This document shows positions 17,398-21,104 of a stretch of 21,104 nucleotides of DNA, in pieces (the first letter of the stretch is position 1; every line of letters starts with the position of its first letter). The notes under the pieces were generated by a model. It saw nothing but the letters and a program-made list of their open reading frames with translations, had not been told where the DNA came from and made no database searches. The translations under genes were made by a program, and so were the position numbers. Source of the DNA: Pseudobdellovibrionaceae bacterium (GTDB taxonomy: Bacteria > Bdellovibrionota > Bdellovibrionia > Bdellovibrionales > Bdellovibrionaceae); assembly GCA_044359815.1 (NCBI GenBank), contig JBIKLL010000047.1, positions 1 through 21,104 of the forward strand, read 5' to 3'.

Positions 17398-18185
17398 AAA
17401 CCACCTTCTTTGGCAATTTCAAACTTAGGTGGACCTGACGGCGGCGGCGATGGCGGCCCCGATGGCGGACCTGATGGTGGTGGTGGCGGAGGTGGTTCGG
17501 CCATCAAAGCACCAACGGCTGTCGCTACAGCTTTACCCAGATTTTTTGCTGAGGCTGGATTTTGCCCAGTGATTATATTTTCAGAGACCACCACTCTGGA
17601 TAAAAATGGCAACAGGGCTTTTACAAAAGTCGCCCCTTTAGCCAAAATTTCGTCTTGCAATTTAAAAGGCATCAGTTTTGTTTTTCGAATAATTAATTCT
17701 TCCAGGTTTGAAAATCCCGTGATTGATTTTCCAGCGATTATATTTTCACCCCTATCATCCAAAACATTTATCAAAGCACTGCTGCCATGACAAATCGCGG
17801 ACACAATCCCACCTGAGCGGTAAATATGTTTTGCAGCTTTTTGAACACCTTCTGATTCTGGAAAATCAAACATGGCCCCGTGGCCTCCAGCAAAATAAAT
17901 GGCTGCAAAATCTTGGATTTTTATATTTTCCAGTGCCGGGCTGTTTTTCAAACCTTGAGCAAATTCTGGAGTTTTAATATATTTTAAATTTAATTTATCA
18001 TAGTTCTCAAAACTGGCTGGATCCAAGGGAATCTTGCCCCCCATGGGACTGGCCAACTGATAGCCTATACCCTGCTGCTCTAGTTCGTTTAAAAAATGAG
18101 TGACTTCGCCAATCCACAATCCGGTTTTTGATTCAGATTCTGGGTAGCTTGAGGTGTTTGTGCAAACGATTAAAACTTTCTTCAT
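17394..18185 (-). CDS. DJ-1/PfpI (Hsp31-like, class I glutamine amidotransferase-like) protein with a Pro-rich tail
   Basis: TGLWIGE, AGGHGAMFD, nucleophile ICHG, ITGQNPAS; tail EPPPPPPPSGPPSGPPSPPPSGPP. Confidence 0.9.
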   Translation of the reverse strand: MKKVLIVCTNTSSYPESESKTGLWIGEVTHFLNELEQQGIGYQLASPMGGKIPLDPASFENYDKLNLKYIKTPEFAQGLKNSPALENIKIQDFAAIYFAGGHGAMFDFPESEGVQKAAKHIYRSGGIVSAICHGSSALINVLDDRGENIIAGKSITGFSNLEELIIRKTKLMPFKLQDEILAKGATFVKALLPFLSRVVVSENIITGQNPASAKNLGKAVATAVGALMAEPPPPPPPSGPPSGPPSPPPSGPPKFEIAKEGGL

Positions 18186-18234
18186 CCTTTAAGTATGTAC
18201 TCAAGTCAGCATTAAAGGAAAGTGAACAAAGGGT

Positions 18235-18882
18235 TTAACCCCCGTTGTCAGGTTCGATTTCAAGTCCTGGCTCGTATTCAACCACAGGAGCCGGCTTACG
18301 AACTGGGCGTTTTTTAAGGCGCTTTTTTTTGTGATGTTTTTTCTTTACAACAGGTTCAGTGGCTTCCCTGAATCCATCACGATCTAAAACAAAGGATGGA
18401 TCAAATAAAAACCCTCGGTCTTTAGCAGCAATACACAAACTAAAAACCGAAACAATTCTGCTGTCACCAAAGGCATCATAAACCTTGAGGTTTCGGATAT
18501 TCATGGGTCCGACATCATAGCCGACAAATTTAATTCCGCAGATCCAATTTTTTCCGTAAATAAAAGACCTCAATCCAGCGTACTGAACTGGATTTAAATA
18601 TTTATTAGTGCCAAAAAAATTCATAGCCACAGGTTGTTCGTCTTCGTCCTCTGATTCTTGCTGATTGATTAACTGCAAAACCGTGTTGTTATATATTTTT
18701 TTGTAAGGGAAGGCCACGTTTGCACCACTGTCCAAGCTGCCTAATCCATAAATTATCAGTTCAGTTCCTAAAAATTTTGCCTTATTGCGCCCGCCATTAA
18801 ATCCTACTTCTGCAAACAAAGTTTGGCTCATAAAAGTCAAAACTATAAAAATCGAAATAATAATTTGATTAAAATATTGCAA
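18235..18882 (-). CDS. Secreted hypothetical protein with a highly basic C-terminal segment
   Basis: TTG start with AGGAG RBS; signal peptide; KKKHHKKKRLKKRPVRK. Confidence 0.65.
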   Translation of the reverse strand: MQYFNQIIISIFIVLTFMSQTLFAEVGFNGGRNKAKFLGTELIIYGLGSLDSGANVAFPYKKIYNNTVLQLINQQESEDEDEQPVAMNFFGTNKYLNPVQYAGLRSFIYGKNWICGIKFVGYDVGPMNIRNLKVYDAFGDSRIVSVFSLCIAAKDRGFLFDPSFVLDRDGFREATEPVVKKKHHKKKRLKKRPVRKPAPVVEYEPGLEIEPDNGG

Positions 18883-18987
18883 AGGACTTCTCCTGTTTGA
18901 AAGCTGAATCTAGCAGAAATAGATATTTCTGCACAGAGCGCATTTTTGGGCGTTTTTTATCAAGACTGTTTAAGAGTTCGACACTGA

Positions 18988-19785
18988 TTAGTGTTTGTTA
19001 GCGTGAACTTCATAAATTGAAGCCAGTTTCATGTACCGTTTCATATCAATGATATAGATATTTTTATCCGGAGTGGCTTTACGATTTAACAACATGTTTT
19101 TTGATCCAAAATATATATAGGGCAAGTAATCAACATAGTTGTTTTTATTGATAAAGGTCAGCTTGTTCAAACGGATTCGTCGCTTAAGCTCAGCCAAGGC
19201 TTCGATCAAATACCCCATGGTTGCCAGGGCCGCATTTTTGGGGACATACAGCTCTGATTCATCAAAACCGTATTCGGATTTAATCATTTCAGGAATCATT
19301 TTAATCTGTGTCGGGCCCCTAGAATTTGGAGAAACCCTGAAGGTTCCATACACAAACATTGAATCTAAGAATTTAAAAATCGAAATCACCTCTGGGAAAT
19401 TTTCTTTGTAATAATACCTGGTGCTTTCAAAAAACAATGATTCCCGTCCCAAAATACCTACAGCCATTCTGGCCAACAAATTATATTCTTGCGAATCTGA
19501 TTGATACAGAGTCAGCAATTCAAATTTATGAGTCTCTATGGTTTTGACAAATTCGCGGACCTTTTTGTTTTTTTGCAAAGATCCTTTAATCACAATTTTT
19601 ATGGGACACATATCACAGCCAGGTTTTTGCCATTGCCAAGGCACCATTCGGTAGGCTTTGATGGGACCTCTGGAATTAGGATTAGTGATCAAGGCTTTAT
19701 TGGATACTGCAAACGATTGCCCCATCGCCAGGGACGCAAAACATAAATTTAAAATAATCAAAAAAGCCATTTTTGCCATAAGCAA
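18988..19785 (-). CDS. Secreted hypothetical protein, possible lysozyme-like fold
   Basis: Signal peptide; ILGRES...SRGPTQIK...LYVPKNAALATMGYL resembles SLT motifs I and II; exact start uncertain. Confidence 0.55.
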   Translation of the reverse strand: MLMAKMAFLIILNLCFASLAMGQSFAVSNKALITNPNSRGPIKAYRMVPWQWQKPGCDMCPIKIVIKGSLQKNKKVREFVKTIETHKFELLTLYQSDSQEYNLLARMAVGILGRESLFFESTRYYYKENFPEVISIFKFLDSMFVYGTFRVSPNSRGPTQIKMIPEMIKSEYGFDESELYVPKNAALATMGYLIEALAELKRRIRLNKLTFINKNNYVDYLPYIYFGSKNMLLNRKATPDKNIYIIDMKRYMKLASIYEVHANKH

Positions 19786-19987
19786 CCCTAACCTATACCA
19801 GCTAAAGCCGCATTAGGAACTGGAATGCTTTCGCTATGAAAAAAACGAAAGACCCTGGGCCATATTTGTCATCACCCTTTTAATGGGACAGATTTGCGTT
19901 CCCGACAGTTGTGTTTTGGCAGGTCTGCTGCTGGGCCAGATTGAAAAACCTATCATCTGACAAATGTCCAATTTTACCAGGGGCTTT

Positions 19988-20016
19988 TTGAGACTTTATT
20001 TTTAATTTGTTAACCT
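19988..20016 (+). promoter_or_regulatory. Sigma70-type promoter for a leaderless mRNA of the beta-barrel gene
   Basis: TTGAGA-17 nt-TAACCT (with an extended TGn), 7 nt before ATG 20024; no SD sequence. Confidence 0.55.
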
Positions 20017-20023
20017 GAAATCT

Positions 20024-20737
20024 ATGAAAAAACTTATTAATTCAAATTTACTTGGTCTAGTTGTAATTAGCTTGGTTGTAACTGCAGCCATGCCCTTAAA
20101 AGCACAAAGCACTGCTATTGCCAATCCCTACGCTCAATCACAGGCCAAATCACCCATGCCTTCTGGTGGGAAACCCGGTGGCCCCAGCAGCAAAGGAATG
20201 TTTGTGGGCTTGGTTTACAATGGCCTCAGTCAACAAACCTCAAAAGGAACCATGACATTTACTGATAAAAGCTCTCGTTCAGTCAGTTCGGTTGAAAAGT
20301 TTGATGATCAGGCATCCAGCCAGGTACCCGCCAGCGGTATAAAAATTGGTTACATTTATATGCCCGCATTTAATTGGGGTGCAAACTTGGCGTTGACTTA
20401 CCTGGACCCACAAAACAAAGACGAATTTTATGATGTTCGCATGTACACCTTTGAAATGAATGCGACCTATTCGATCAATAAAAACTTTGCGTTTTTTATG
20501 GGTTTAAATGGCTTGTCATTCAGTGAACCAGAAAAAGTAGCCGACTATGTTTACCTCAGGGCCGGAGCCCAAACAGGATTTAGTTTCAGATTTGCCTCCC
20601 GGGTTCATTGGTCACTGGGTTATTCGAGCTACCGCTACGCCAGCGAAAAAGATTATGAATTTGCCGAGCAAAAGCTAAAGGTCATCAGCGATTCATCGCT
20701 AAGCGGCCTGCAATCGTCTGTGTCTGTAAGTTTCTAA
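20024..20737 (+). CDS. Outer-membrane beta-barrel protein (OmpA/OmpW-like, small)
   Basis: Signal peptide; alternating aromatic beta-strands; C-terminal Phe (SSVSVSF). Confidence 0.75.
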   Translation: MKKLINSNLLGLVVISLVVTAAMPLKAQSTAIANPYAQSQAKSPMPSGGKPGGPSSKGMFVGLVYNGLSQQTSKGTMTFTDKSSRSVSSVEKFDDQASSQVPASGIKIGYIYMPAFNWGANLALTYLDPQNKDEFYDVRMYTFEMNATYSINKNFAFFMGLNGLSFSEPEKVADYVYLRAGAQTGFSFRFASRVHWSLGYSSYRYASEKDYEFAEQKLKVISDSSLSGLQSSVSVSF

Positions 20738-20806
20738 TAAGGTTAATGAGTATTGTGGATTCCACACCGTTCAGGATACTGATATTTTTGATTATTTATT
20801 ATTTCG

Positions 20807-20916
20807 AATTCTGAAATTAAAGGTCCATTAAATAGTACCGATATAAATATGGTTTCTATTTCCAAGAAGCTTCTTCAAATCAATTGTAAGTCGACTTACT
20901 CCGGCGCCGGAGTGGA
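20807..20916 (+). pseudogene. Degenerate copy of the palindrome-containing linker segment of the HNH gene
   Basis: 20875-20916 matches 1207-1248 at 37/42 nt; AATTCTGAAAT is shared (20807-20817 vs 1076-1086) in the same reading frame. Confidence 0.65.
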
Positions 20917-20982
20917 TAGCCAATTTTGTTATTTAATACTTGAGTGCCTTTATTTGTCAGATAGAAAATTGTTTGGTTGTTT

Positions 20983-21104
20983 AATTATTCAATTATTCAA
21001 TTATTTAATTATTTAATTATTTAATTATTTAATTATTTAATTATTTAATTATTTAATTATTTAATTATTTAATTATTTAATTATTTAATTATTTAATTAT
21101 TTAA
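20983..21104. repeat. Octamer microsatellite (AATTATTC)x2 (AATTATTT)x13, truncated by the window end
   Basis: Read directly. Confidence 0.97.

Noticed and set aside
17386..17790. 134-aa Gly-rich ORF
   Set aside because: It is the antisense shadow of the DJ-1 gene and its Pro-rich tail
1..21104. Linear plasmid or phage with telomeres
   Set aside because: No replication, terminal-protein, protelomerase or structural genes; the content is chromosomal

Overview
AT-rich bacterial chromosomal window. A Bdellovibrionota-like origin is inferred from an FQNC-type lipobox, many secreted hydrolases and hypothetical proteins, and the HNH family. The housekeeping and accessory genes are an MFS transporter, an S8 subtilase, a YD/RHS-like protein, an RluA-family synthase, rlmE, DUF475, a DUF3011 protein, a HAD hydrolase, an EamA transporter, a clostripain-like peptidase, two lysozyme/SLT-like proteins, a MEDS protein, ilvE, a DJ-1/PfpI protein and an outer-membrane beta-barrel. 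The non-coding structure is more unusual. (1) An HNH endonuclease gene (422-1780) is followed by five more copies of its own last codons (AHNNWRG-stop), which vary only at third codon positions. (2) A perfect 16-bp palindrome inside that gene recurs, with flanking homology, in a palindrome cluster at the far end of the window. (3) Two very long intergenic hairpins lie between convergent genes; their arms are unrelated but they share an AGACAAGWGG motif at the base. (4) Near-identical octamer microsatellites sit in inverted orientation at both window ends. (5) The conserved N-terminus of ilvE has no canonical start codon. No rRNA, tRNA or CRISPR array was seen.
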